A DNA stretch of 64,000 nt from an uncultured virus (IMG/VR IMGVR_UViG_3300032893_000007) (Duplodnaviria > Heunggongvirae > Uroviricota > Caudoviricetes), in IMG/VR virus record IMGVR_UViG_3300032893_000007; one strand, written 5' to 3'. This document shows positions 53,940-62,417 of this stretch, piece after piece (within the stretch, counting starts at the first letter, position 1; the number at the start of each line of letters is the position of its first letter). The notes beneath the pieces are model-generated. The model saw only the letters and a program-made list of their open reading frames with translations, searched no databases and was not told the DNA's origin. The translations under genes and the position numbers were made by a program.

Positions 53940-54373
53940 GTTGTCAACACTCTCCGCGAGAGCTCGAGGGAGATCTTCTCGACCCGTTCTATGCAGGCGA
54001 GGCAGTCGGGCAGCCGGTCGGACGCGACGACGAGCCCCCAGAATTTTTTGGCTGGTTTGCAGAGGGCGTCTCCCTTCTCCCGCCGGAGGCGCCCGAGGTC
54101 GAGGTCCCTGAGGAGGACGACGTGGTCGGAGCCACCGTGGGTGGCGCTCTCCCTCGGCGCGTACGCGTGTGCCACCTCAACGCCGAACGGGAGCGCCTGG
54201 AGGAGGTCGCGCAGGTAGGTCTGGATCTCCGAGTCGACCTGGTGGTACTCGAGCTCGAAGTCGGCCGGGAGCTCGCCGGCGTCGCGGGGCGGTCGGACGA
54301 CCTTCCGCCACAGCAGTCGGCGGCGCTCGGCCATGGTCCGGTACGCGCCTACTTTGGGGACGAGCGCGTCCAT
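53936..54373 (-). CDS. Hypothetical protein
   Basis: 145 aa; GAGGA RBS. Confidence 0.65.
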   Translation of the reverse strand: MDALVPKVGAYRTMAERRRLLWRKVVRPPRDAGELPADFELEYHQVDSEIQTYLRDLLQALPFGVEVAHAYAPRESATHGGSDHVVLLRDLDLGRLRREKGDALCKPAKKFWGLVVASDRLPDCLACIERVEKISLELSRRVLTT

Positions 54374-54380
54374 CAGGTCC

Positions 54381-54977
54381 TCAACCGAGCTCCTTCATTA
54401 CCAGCATCTCCAGCTTCCGCGCCATCGAGACCTTGTGCCTGGGCTGCCAGTCGTGGAGGACGACCTCGACCTCGTTCCAGCCGGCCGGGACTCGCTCGGC
54501 GACCCGGTGCTCGACCCAACCCTGCAGGGCGACCTGCTTCGTCTCGTCCTCGGTGCGGCCGCGCTCGAGCGCCATACCGTCGCCGCAGCGTATGCACACG
54601 ACTCCCGGGTACTTGGCGGTGTCGGCGACGTAGGGAGGGATCTCGAGGCCTCGTATCTCGGAGGCGACCTGTCGGGCGGCCTCGGCGACCATCTTCTGGC
54701 GGAGCTGGTCGAGCTCGGCCTCGGCCTGCTGCTTGTAGGTCTTGACCAGCTTCTTGGCCTCGGCGTCCCTGCCGACGTCGAAGCCGAACTGGGCCTGCGC
54801 GCAGGAGGAGCCGACCCTGTAGTGGCTGCCGGTCTCGGTGTCCGTCACCACGTACACGACGGCGTGCTCGGCGCCGCAGCGGTCGCAGACGTGTCCCTCC
54901 CCGGGCGAAAGCGGCATCCGCCTGCCGCTCGCCCAGTCGACCGGGCGCATGTCGTAGTAGCCGACCACGACCATCAT
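54381..54977 (-). CDS. Zn-ribbon protein (CDRCG...VGSSC)
   Basis: Same motif class as the 2683-4272 gene; GGAGG RBS. Confidence 0.7.
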   Translation of the reverse strand: MMVVVGYYDMRPVDWASGRRMPLSPGEGHVCDRCGAEHAVVYVVTDTETGSHYRVGSSCAQAQFGFDVGRDAEAKKLVKTYKQQAEAELDQLRQKMVAEAARQVASEIRGLEIPPYVADTAKYPGVVCIRCGDGMALERGRTEDETKQVALQGWVEHRVAERVPAGWNEVEVVLHDWQPRHKVSMARKLEMLVMKELG

Positions 54978-55038
54978 GGGAGGTACCTCCTCTCCGCGAG
55001 GATAGAGCAGAATCGGAAACGGCGCAGCACCCAGAGCG

Positions 55039-55299
55039 TCATGATTTGTTCGAGTAGATGCTCGCCCTGATCTCCAGCAGGACCCTCGGGTCGCGCGGGT
55101 AGATCTTGCCGTTGGGGTACGGCTTGAATTCCAACTTGCGGTAGGTGGCGAGCGACTCCGCCAGGGCGGCTTCTTCCGTAGTCGCCTTGAGCTCGACTCG
55201 CTCTTCGTCGTCTCCGAGTATGTATTCGGAACCCCACGTGGTGTAGGCGAGGTAGTAGGTACGCTTCACGACCTCCAAGACCGGTTTGATCAGGGGCAT
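55039..55299 (-). CDS. Hypothetical protein
   Basis: 86 aa; AAAGGA RBS. Confidence 0.7.
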   Translation of the reverse strand: MPLIKPVLEVVKRTYYLAYTTWGSEYILGDDEERVELKATTEEAALAESLATYRKLEFKPYPNGKIYPRDPRVLLEIRASIYSNKS

Positions 55300-55533
55300 T
55301 TGGTCCTTTCATGCCTATCCGGTTGACGCCCATTTTTGCCAAGTGTATTTACAGTACCTACATTTTCGCACCTTCCCCAATCTTCCCCCGGGTATGTAGT
55401 AACCCTTAGTCGTGTAATACAACCGGCATATCTTCCACTTCGACACCCCTTTTTTCTTACAATTAGAACAACTGAACATTTTCATTTCCTATCGATTTAG
55501 TGGAGTGTGTTAACCGGATAAGCATGGGTCCTT

Positions 55534-55920
55534 TCAGCTGAGCGTTTTTTCTCGGGCGGGGAGGTCGTCGGCCAAGATCGTGGCGGCGCAGAGGCTGCTC
55601 CGGGCGGTCGGCGTGACGATGGTCGGCTGTCCGGTCTTCGCCAGGGCCGACGAGAGCACGCTCGCGACCCACTCGACCTCGGCTCGGTGGCAGACGGCCT
55701 CCCAGTACTTCTCGTTCGCCTCGCCCACGAGCTTCTGCACCCGGGCGTTCGCCTGCGCGAGCAGCTTGCGGATCTCGGCGGGAGCCTTGCCGCGACACGA
55801 TTCGAATCCCGCGACGGCTCCGCGGAGCTTGTGCTCCTGGCCGGGCCTCCCGTAGTCGACCCTCGCCGCAGCGATCCCGGCGTCGATCACCTTATCCAGA
55901 AATTCCGCGTAGGTCTTCAT
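55534..55920 (-). CDS. Helical hypothetical protein
   Basis: ATG 55920; GC-rich third positions. Confidence 0.7.
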   Translation of the reverse strand: MKTYAEFLDKVIDAGIAAARVDYGRPGQEHKLRGAVAGFESCRGKAPAEIRKLLAQANARVQKLVGEANEKYWEAVCHRAEVEWVASVLSSALAKTGQPTIVTPTARSSLCAATILADDLPAREKTLS

Positions 55921-55936
55921 CTCAGGATCTTTATGA

Positions 55937-56179
55937 CTACTCGCCGTCGGTGAAGTCCAGCCGGAACGGGATCCCGACAAACAAGCTCTTGAGCTTGGGT
56001 CCGGACAGCTCCAGCCTCGGGATCCTGGAACTTTTCTTGTCGGGTGACCAGGTGGCGCTCACGGAGGTTTCGCCGAACTGAGAGAGGTCTACCGAGATTC
56101 CGCCGTCGGCGGTGGGACGTTGCATGATGGTGCGGTCTCCACCAGTCGGCGGGTAGAGCGTTACGGCCTCGAGCTTCAT
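55937..56179 (-). CDS. Hypothetical protein
   Basis: 80 aa; AAGGA RBS; coupled to RHH gene. Confidence 0.7.
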   Translation of the reverse strand: MKLEAVTLYPPTGGDRTIMQRPTADGGISVDLSQFGETSVSATWSPDKKSSRIPRLELSGPKLKSLFVGIPFRLDFTDGE

Positions 56180-56385
56180 GGGATGTCCTTTCTCGTGCTG
56201 TTCAACTTTCGTCTAGTCGGGGGTTGCCTCCGGCGAGCCTCGAGGTCGCACCTCACCACCCGGACCACGTACTCGCTCAGGCTGATCCCGTTTCGTCTGG
56301 CGACGTTCCGAGCGGCGTCCTGGACGTCGACCGGCAGGGCGATCGATGTCTTGCGACGTGGTTCGGTCTTCAGGTTGGCCAGCAT
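56176..56385 (-). CDS. Ribbon-helix-helix (CopG/HicB-like) regulator
   Basis: KTSIALP.DV..AAR..ARR.GISLSEYV..VV. Confidence 0.75.
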   Translation of the reverse strand: MLANLKTEPRRKTSIALPVDVQDAARNVARRNGISLSEYVVRVVRCDLEARRRQPPTRRKLNSTRKDIP

Positions 56386-56422
56386 TACCTACCAGGTTAC
56401 CTACCAAGTTACCTCACGTCAA
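56385..56422 (-). promoter_or_regulatory. Promoter TTGACG-N17-TAACCT overlapped by 12-bp-period direct repeats
   Basis: TTACCTACCA at 56385 and 56397, TTACCT at 56409. Confidence 0.7.
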
Positions 56423-56451
56423 GCAGGTTCGAGCTGGGCGTGGCGTCTCTA

Positions 56452-56712
56452 TTAGTCGCGCAGCCTGACGACGTTCCCGGAGTCGGAGAGCACGCAGGCG
56501 TCGAGCTCGGAGCGCCCCCCTCCCTCTCGGTGCCTCCTCACGGCCGCCTCGAAGGAGGAGTTGGCGATTCCCAGCAGGCAGCCCGGGCCTCGATACTCGG
56601 CGGTGACGTCGTCCGGGAGGTAGCGCCCGGCAGAGCGCCCGCAGGCGCAGCTCGTGACGACGGACCTGAGACGGCGGATGTCGCCGCACTCGCGGCAGAA
56701 GAGCAGCTTCAT
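56452..56712 (-). CDS. Small Zn-finger protein (CxxC...CxC)
   Basis: MKLLFCRECGDI...SCACG. Confidence 0.7.
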   Translation of the reverse strand: MKLLFCRECGDIRRLRSVVTSCACGRSAGRYLPDDVTAEYRGPGCLLGIANSSFEAAVRRHREGGGRSELDACVLSDSGNVVRLRD

Positions 56713-57560
56713 CGACCGGAGAGTCTCGCGGGAGGTTCTCGCCAGATCCCGTGTTGGTAACCTGCCGCCTCCAGGGCGGCCACCGTCTTCGGGCCCGGGA
56801 CGCCGTCCGCGGGTGAGACGCCGAGGTCCGTCTGCCGCTGCCGCCAGAGCTCGAGATCTTGCTCGTCTGCGAAGTCGACCACCTCGCAGCCGGCGGCGAC
56901 GAGCGCCGACATCATGGCGTCTCCCGGGTCGCCGCCGCCGCGCGAGGCCGTGAGGTCCCGGTGCCCCACGACGCCCACGACGTCGGCGAGGGGCTCGTCG
57001 TCGTGCTCGAGGGAGAGGACGAAGCGGGAGATGGGGCCGTCCTCGTAGGGTGTGGGGACCTGCCACTGGATCGCGGTGGGCATGAGCCTGCACACCCAGA
57101 GGACGAGCTGGGCTGCCCGGTCGAGCTGGTCCTGGTAGAGGTCTGCGTCTGCGCGTCCCTGCACGACCTCGACGCCCACCGAGCAGCCGTTGGCCCGCTC
57201 GGCGTGGTAGGTGGCGTCGTCGAGGAGGTCGGCGCAGCAGTAGCAGGTGCCGTCCTGGTCTACGACCAGGTGGGCGCCTCCGGGCCTCTTCCCGTCGTGG
57301 GTCCACGAGGCGACGATCCGCTCCGCTTCGCCCGTCGAGGGGCCGCGACCGGGCCTCACCAGCTGGGGACGCAGGTCCCTGCCTCCCGGTATGCCCCCCG
57401 TCGTGTGCGCGACCACGAGGTGCACCCAGGAGCGTTCGCGGTCGGTGCGGTAGCGCCTGTCCTTCTGGGAGATCCTGACCAGGGGGTCGTCGCAGAAGTT
57501 GACGACGTCTACGCCTGGTACCTGCACGCGTCGGGAGCCGATGACGAGTCCTGTGCCCAT
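56709..57560 (-). CDS. N-acetylmuramoyl-L-alanine amidase (Amidase_2) with C-terminal PG-binding motif
   Basis: VAHTT, AHLVVDQDG, TYHA..N..SVGVE, GHRD...DPG; Q..LG..ADGVPGPKT..AL. Confidence 0.9.
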   Translation of the reverse strand: MGTGLVIGSRRVQVPGVDVVNFCDDPLVRISQKDRRYRTDRERSWVHLVVAHTTGGIPGGRDLRPQLVRPGRGPSTGEAERIVASWTHDGKRPGGAHLVVDQDGTCYCCADLLDDATYHAERANGCSVGVEVVQGRADADLYQDQLDRAAQLVLWVCRLMPTAIQWQVPTPYEDGPISRFVLSLEHDDEPLADVVGVVGHRDLTASRGGGDPGDAMMSALVAAGCEVVDFADEQDLELWRQRQTDLGVSPADGVPGPKTVAALEAAGYQHGIWREPPARLSGR

Positions 57561-57622
57561 GTTGGCGGCATGATACCACGACGTCGCGCAGAATATTTGC
57601 GTGGTGTCGTATCATGGAGGCC

Positions 57623-58321
57623 ATGTCGCTCGCGCTGCTCGCCAACTCCGACCTCGTCACGCAGTACATGGGCATGGTCGTGCGGGCGGGGCTCGGCAAC
57701 TCGTGCGCGCTCGCGCAGGCCGACGAGCGCTCCCGCGCCCTCAACATCCTCGGGGTGAGGCCCACGGACGTCGCGTCCGGGGCGAGCGGGGTCGTGGCGG
57801 GGCTCGCCGACGGGATGCTGGTGAGGCTCGACGGGGCGGCGGCGGACGGAGCCCTCATCTACCTGTCGGCCGCGACCGCGGGGCTCGGCACGGCGGCGGC
57901 GCCCGACGTACCGGTCGTCCTCGGCAAGTGCTACCACACGCACGTGGTGGCAGGGGTGACGTACGCCGAGCTCGTGATGGTGACCGCCCCGCCGAAGGTA
58001 CCGCCGGGCATCATCGACATCCCCGGGGCGAGCTACCAGGTGACTGACGCCGCATCGTCCGACCTCTGCTCGATGGTCGAGCTCGGCAGCGACGACCCGG
58101 TGACCGTGACGGTGCCCAAGCAGGCGACGACGCCCCTGCCGGTGGGATTCGCCTCCAACTTCCAGCAGAAGGGGGCGGGGAAGGTCACCTTCGCGCCGGA
58201 GGACGGCGCGGTGACCATCGAGCCCGCCGGGACGCTCAGCATCTCGGCCCAGTGGAAGGCGGCGTCTCTCATCAAAATCGGTCCCGACTCGTGGGCACTC
58301 GTCGGGTCACTCGGCAGCTGA
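57623..58321 (+). CDS. Fibre/cement-like structural protein
   Basis: ATG 57623 after GGAGG (alternative 57614); GALIYLSA...VVLG; C-terminal VTVTVP...QKGAGKVTF...W.LVG.L. Confidence 0.7.
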   Translation: MSLALLANSDLVTQYMGMVVRAGLGNSCALAQADERSRALNILGVRPTDVASGASGVVAGLADGMLVRLDGAAADGALIYLSAATAGLGTAAAPDVPVVLGKCYHTHVVAGVTYAELVMVTAPPKVPPGIIDIPGASYQVTDAASSDLCSMVELGSDDPVTVTVPKQATTPLPVGFASNFQQKGAGKVTFAPEDGAVTIEPAGTLSISAQWKAASLIKIGPDSWALVGSLGS

Positions 58322-58323
58322 CG

Positions 58324-59736
58324 ATGATCCCGCCCGGCATCATAGGGCAGTCGAGCACTCCGCCTCCCCCTCCGTCGGGGTTCAAGACGAGGTGGACGGT
58401 GGCGGGCGACGCCTCGGGCAGGACGGTCACGCTGCCGCTCGTCCAGGCAGGAGGCGTTCCGGCCTACGACTGCACGGTGGACTGGGGCGACGGCACTCCG
58501 ACCTCGACGATCACGGCCTACAACGACCCGAACCGGATCCACGAGTACGCCGCGGACGGGACCTACGACGTGGAGATCCGCGGGACCTGCGAGGGGTGGT
58601 CGTTCAACGGAGGCGGAGACGTCCTCAAGATCGTGTCGGTGGTGAGGTGGGGAACGTCCCCGCTGTTCGGGGGGTTCAAGTTCCTGTCGGGGGGCTTCTA
58701 CGGCTGCGCGAACTTGATCAGCATCGCCGCCGAGCCGATCTCCGCTTCCGGGACCGGGGTGGGAGCCCAGGGTTTCGCGGATACGTTCTCGGGATGCTCA
58801 TTCACCTCGGTATCGTCAGATCTCTTCAGCCAGCACGTGAATCTCACGACCAACGCCTTCGCCAGGACCTTCAACGGGTGCGGGCAGCTCGCGGGCATTC
58901 CGGCAGGACTCTTCGACCACGCGACGCTGGCGTCGGACTACGCCTTCCAGAACACCTTCTCCCACTGCGGTCAGGTGGCGGCGATACCCGCGCATCTCTT
59001 CGACCGCTGCACCGAGGTCGGGGCGTACGGTTTTGCCAGCACGTTCTCGTTTTGCTCGTCGATCGCGGAAATTCCTCCTGGACTCTTCGACTCCTGCACG
59101 AAGGTGTCTACGTTCGGGTTCAACTCCGCGTTCTACGGTTGCAGCTCGCTCGAGGCGATCCCGACCGACCTCTTTCGCCACAACACACTGGTGTCGGACT
59201 ACGGCTTTCAGCAGACCTTCCGGCAGTGCGCGTCTCTAGTGGCGATCCCGGCCGACCTCTTCCGGTACAATACGCTGGTCGGAGTCGACGCTTTTCGATC
59301 TTGCTTCTACGGCTGCTCGTCGCTCACCGACGTTCCCGCAGACCTCTTCCGCTACAACACGGCGGCTGCCCTGACGGCGTTTCGATCTACGTTCAACGGG
59401 TGCTCGTCTTTGGCGACGGTCCCGGCCGACCTCTTCCGGTACAACACGTCCGCGACGTACTTCCAGTACACCTTCCTCGATTGCGTGAATCTGCAGGTCA
59501 ACCGGAACATCTTCTACGCGGACGGGGAGCAGGGCGCCCGTTTCCTCAATCAGAGCGTGGACTTCACGGACTGCTTCGACCGACAAGCGTTCACGGGAAA
59601 CCAGGGGGAGGCTCCCGACCTGTGGAGCTGCGACTTCGGGACGGGCACGCCGGTGACGACCGCCTGTTTCGGAGACGCGGGCAACAGTCCAGCGAGCCTC
59701 AGCAACTACGCCGACATCCCGGCGGACTGGAAGTAA
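58324..59736 (+). CDS. PKD-like domain plus BspA-type leucine-rich repeat protein
   Basis: TVDWGDG...HEYA.DG.Y.V.I.G; 8-9 repeats of FxxTFxxCxxLxxIPxxLF (29 aa); ends LSNYADIPADWK. Confidence 0.85.
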   Translation: MIPPGIIGQSSTPPPPPSGFKTRWTVAGDASGRTVTLPLVQAGGVPAYDCTVDWGDGTPTSTITAYNDPNRIHEYAADGTYDVEIRGTCEGWSFNGGGDVLKIVSVVRWGTSPLFGGFKFLSGGFYGCANLISIAAEPISASGTGVGAQGFADTFSGCSFTSVSSDLFSQHVNLTTNAFARTFNGCGQLAGIPAGLFDHATLASDYAFQNTFSHCGQVAAIPAHLFDRCTEVGAYGFASTFSFCSSIAEIPPGLFDSCTKVSTFGFNSAFYGCSSLEAIPTDLFRHNTLVSDYGFQQTFRQCASLVAIPADLFRYNTLVGVDAFRSCFYGCSSLTDVPADLFRYNTAAALTAFRSTFNGCSSLATVPADLFRYNTSATYFQYTFLDCVNLQVNRNIFYADGEQGARFLNQSVDFTDCFDRQAFTGNQGEAPDLWSCDFGTGTPVTTACFGDAGNSPASLSNYADIPADWK

Positions 59737-59766
59737 AGATCTGCGTCGGGTCTGGGCTCGGGTTGG

Positions 59767-61800
59767 TCAGTCTTCGTCGCGGCGCCGAGGTTCGGGTATC
59801 GCCTGGTGGGGCAGGCCGAGGTTCTTTCGCCTCCGGTGGAAGGCCCTCCGGGAGAGCAGCGCGACGACGAGCATGCGGGAGGAGCCTCCGCGTGCCGACA
59901 TCCACGGGTTTCGCAGTTTCCAGTCGCTCGGCTCGACGCGGTAGAGGATGTGGTTTCCGGAGTAAGGCTCGTCGGAGTACCAGTGCTGGAGCGGCCAGGG
60001 CAGCTCGGCGACCGTGGTGCCGGCGAAGAGGGCCAGGGTCTCCGGGCAGGTCGGGCGGAAGACGCCGTAGATCCCGGCGGGACCGTCGTCGTCGAGGCAG
60101 CGGTCGGGGCGTCCCTCGCCAGACCTGCCGACCAGCACGTCGCCGGCGGCCTCGTCGCAGAAGGTGCAGTGTTCTCGGAACTCGTCCGCCGAGTAGTAGC
60201 ACGTGAGGCAGTTTCTCGTCTCGCGCCTCTCGTAGCCGTGGTTGAAGGCTTGTTTTGGATCGTACGTCGTGTAGTAGGGCGCCGGGAGCTCGCCCCTGGC
60301 CACGGCGTCGAGGAAGAGGTCGGCGTTCGCCAGGCAGGCCTTCCGCCACCACCCGTACACCTCGGCGCGAGTCGCCTCGTACTCGGCGTCGGCGAGCTCC
60401 TGGATGAAGCTCATCTTGTTCACGCGGGCGGTCCACAGGAGGTCGGCCTTGAGCTTGTCCCTGGTCCCGAAGGTTACCGGCGAGAGGGCCTCGAGCGCGA
60501 CGGTCCGCTCGCGGGCGTCGCTCGAGAAGAGCAGTTGGCAGTCCTGGCGCGGAGGCAGGAGGGCCTTCGACTTCGCTTCGAGGAGCAGCTTGTTTTGCTC
60601 TCCCATGACGGCCAGGTACTCGGGAGGCACCTCGGGACCGTAGCGGTCTTCCATCCAGAAGTTGAACCCGGTCGACTCGTGGTGCCACTGCGGGTCGTCT
60701 CGGGCGGCCAGGACCTCCGGGGGCGACGGTGCCGGCAGGTCCAGGTGCTCGTAGTGGCCGGCCCTGACGAGCTCGCTGCCGGGCCCGAGCAGGCAGTGGG
60801 GTTCTACGATCATCTCGCCCGTGTAGCTCGGCTCGGGGAGCCTCGTCTTCTTGCGGCCGTAGCGGTCGCGGATGAGGTCGAACATGAGGGACGCCCACGC
60901 GAACTCCTCCGGCTCGAGCTCGGTGATCTTCGCCAGCGGGATCGCCTCGACGTCGATGCGGACGAGCGCGGTACGCTGAACGTGGAGGTGATCGTCTTCC
61001 GACCTCACGAGGTCCATGAGCCGGTACGGGAACCAGTTCTGCTCGGCCCTCCTCTCAAGGTTGCGGTCGGGACGCCTGCTCATGCGATTGTAGGCCGGAT
61101 GCGGTCCCTCCACGCGGTCGGTGAGCATGGTGACGGTCTGGCCGTTCCGGACCAGGAAGGCGAAGTAGCTCGCGAGCTCGACCTCCGGGTCCCGGACGAG
61201 CACCATCGAGATGCCGGATACGTGCTGGTAGAGGGCGGCCTCGACGGCGCTGTTGGCGTTCAGGAACTCGAAGACCTTCTCGTTCAGCTTGAGCTCGTCC
61301 TCGTCGACGGGACCCTGCGCGAACTGGTGGTGCTCGAGCCTCTCCATGGAGCGGAGGGCGTCGCGGCGGACGAGGCCCAGGGCGTACTTCGACGCCAGGA
61401 GCTCGTCCAGGGACTCGAGGGCTCTGGACTCCATGCCCATGTCGACGGCTCTCTGCCTCAGCCTGGACGCAAACTCGCCCACGAGCTCGACCACGCGGGG
61501 ATCTTCGACCACGGCCCGAAGGGAGCGGAGAGGAGCCAGCTTCGCCTCCACCACCTCGGGCTGGGCCATGAGAGCCTCGGCCGTGAACAGCGCGGACTTG
61601 AACATCTCGTCGCCGAGTCCCCGCAACAGCATGAACGTGGTGAGCCCCGTGGGGTCCATGAACCGGCTCGCGTTGAGGTCGTCAACGTGCTGCCTGACGA
61701 GCCAGTCGTGCTCGGTACCGGTCCGGGTCAGGTCGGCCCAGCGGGTCAGCGCCTCGTTTACGAGCTGGTTGGTTACGTCTTGATCCACAGTTTCCGTCAC
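59767..61800 (-). CDS. Large phage-type hypothetical protein (~677 aa)
   Basis: GTG 61800 coupled to upstream stop; GC-rich third positions; no recognised motif. Confidence 0.75.
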   Translation of the reverse strand: MTETVDQDVTNQLVNEALTRWADLTRTGTEHDWLVRQHVDDLNASRFMDPTGLTTFMLLRGLGDEMFKSALFTAEALMAQPEVVEAKLAPLRSLRAVVEDPRVVELVGEFASRLRQRAVDMGMESRALESLDELLASKYALGLVRRDALRSMERLEHHQFAQGPVDEDELKLNEKVFEFLNANSAVEAALYQHVSGISMVLVRDPEVELASYFAFLVRNGQTVTMLTDRVEGPHPAYNRMSRRPDRNLERRAEQNWFPYRLMDLVRSEDDHLHVQRTALVRIDVEAIPLAKITELEPEEFAWASLMFDLIRDRYGRKKTRLPEPSYTGEMIVEPHCLLGPGSELVRAGHYEHLDLPAPSPPEVLAARDDPQWHHESTGFNFWMEDRYGPEVPPEYLAVMGEQNKLLLEAKSKALLPPRQDCQLLFSSDARERTVALEALSPVTFGTRDKLKADLLWTARVNKMSFIQELADAEYEATRAEVYGWWRKACLANADLFLDAVARGELPAPYYTTYDPKQAFNHGYERRETRNCLTCYYSADEFREHCTFCDEAAGDVLVGRSGEGRPDRCLDDDGPAGIYGVFRPTCPETLALFAGTTVAELPWPLQHWYSDEPYSGNHILYRVEPSDWKLRNPWMSARGGSSRMLVVALLSRRAFHRRRKNLGLPHQAIPEPRRRDED

Positions 61801-62066
61801 GCGGGTGAGGAGGGAGCGGGCAGGCGCACGCAGCGCCCATCCTCGCGGCCGTGGCCGCAGCAGGCGTCGCAGGCGAAGCTCGGTCGCCGAGCGTCCTCGT
61901 AGAGCCCGAAGCAGGTCACGGGCCGCCCGCAGGTCTCGCAGCGGGGCGACACGATCGCTGCCGCCTCGGCGAAGGACCGGAGATCTTCGTCGCTCAAGGC
62001 GCGAAAATCTTCGGCCGTCGAGGAGCCCGACGTCAGGTCTACTCCGATTCGACTTCCGGAACACAC
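61797..62066 (-). CDS. Small Cys-rich Zn-finger protein (start uncertain)
   Basis: C..CG.P.TC.G.YE......CD.CCGHG.EDG.C. Confidence 0.55.
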   Translation of the reverse strand: MCSGSRIGVDLTSGSSTAEDFRALSDEDLRSFAEAAAIVSPRCETCGRPVTCFGLYEDARRPSFACDACCGHGREDGRCVRLPAPSSPA

Positions 62067-62290
62067 GTGATGGCCGAGACGTCGTCGAGGTTGATTCTCA
62101 CGGGCAACCCAGTTTTCACGTCTTTGAAATCGCGAACCGGTCGCAAGGGATCCAGCGGGTTGCCGTCCTTGAATTGCTCGAAAAGCCACCGATAGTCCTC
62201 CACCGAGAGCCACGCGTAGATGGTCTCGACGCCACCGCATTTCTTGTCGTTTCTACGGGCAAACACGAAATGGCCGCACACTATCTTCAT
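62039..62290 (-). CDS. Hypothetical protein
   Basis: 83 aa; AGGAG RBS. Confidence 0.65.
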   Translation of the reverse strand: MKIVCGHFVFARRNDKKCGGVETIYAWLSVEDYRWLFEQFKDGNPLDPLRPVRDFKDVKTGLPVRINLDDVSAITCVPEVESE

Positions 62291-62345
62291 GATCTCAATC
62301 TCCTGTAGGCGCGAGCTTCTGACGAGTCAATCTCGGTCCTCCTTT

Positions 62346-62376
62346 ACTTTTCTACCTTCTAAACAAGGTGTCAAGA
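62346..62376 (-). promoter_or_regulatory. Promoter with variant of conserved motif (TCTTGACACCTTGTTTAG)
   Basis: TTGACA at 62369-62374 in AT-rich intergenic region. Confidence 0.55.
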
Positions 62377-62417
62377 ATAAAAATCGGCAGATAAAATTTT
62401 CACTATTTTTTGTGTTT

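Noticed and set aside
58750..59500. Diversity-generating retroelement target or DNA repeat array
   Set aside because: Repeats are protein-level LRR units with synonymous divergence; no reverse transcriptase or template repeat seen
59806..61902. 698-aa plus-strand ORF
   Set aside because: Antisense shadow of the minus-strand gene, which has coupled neighbours and normal composition
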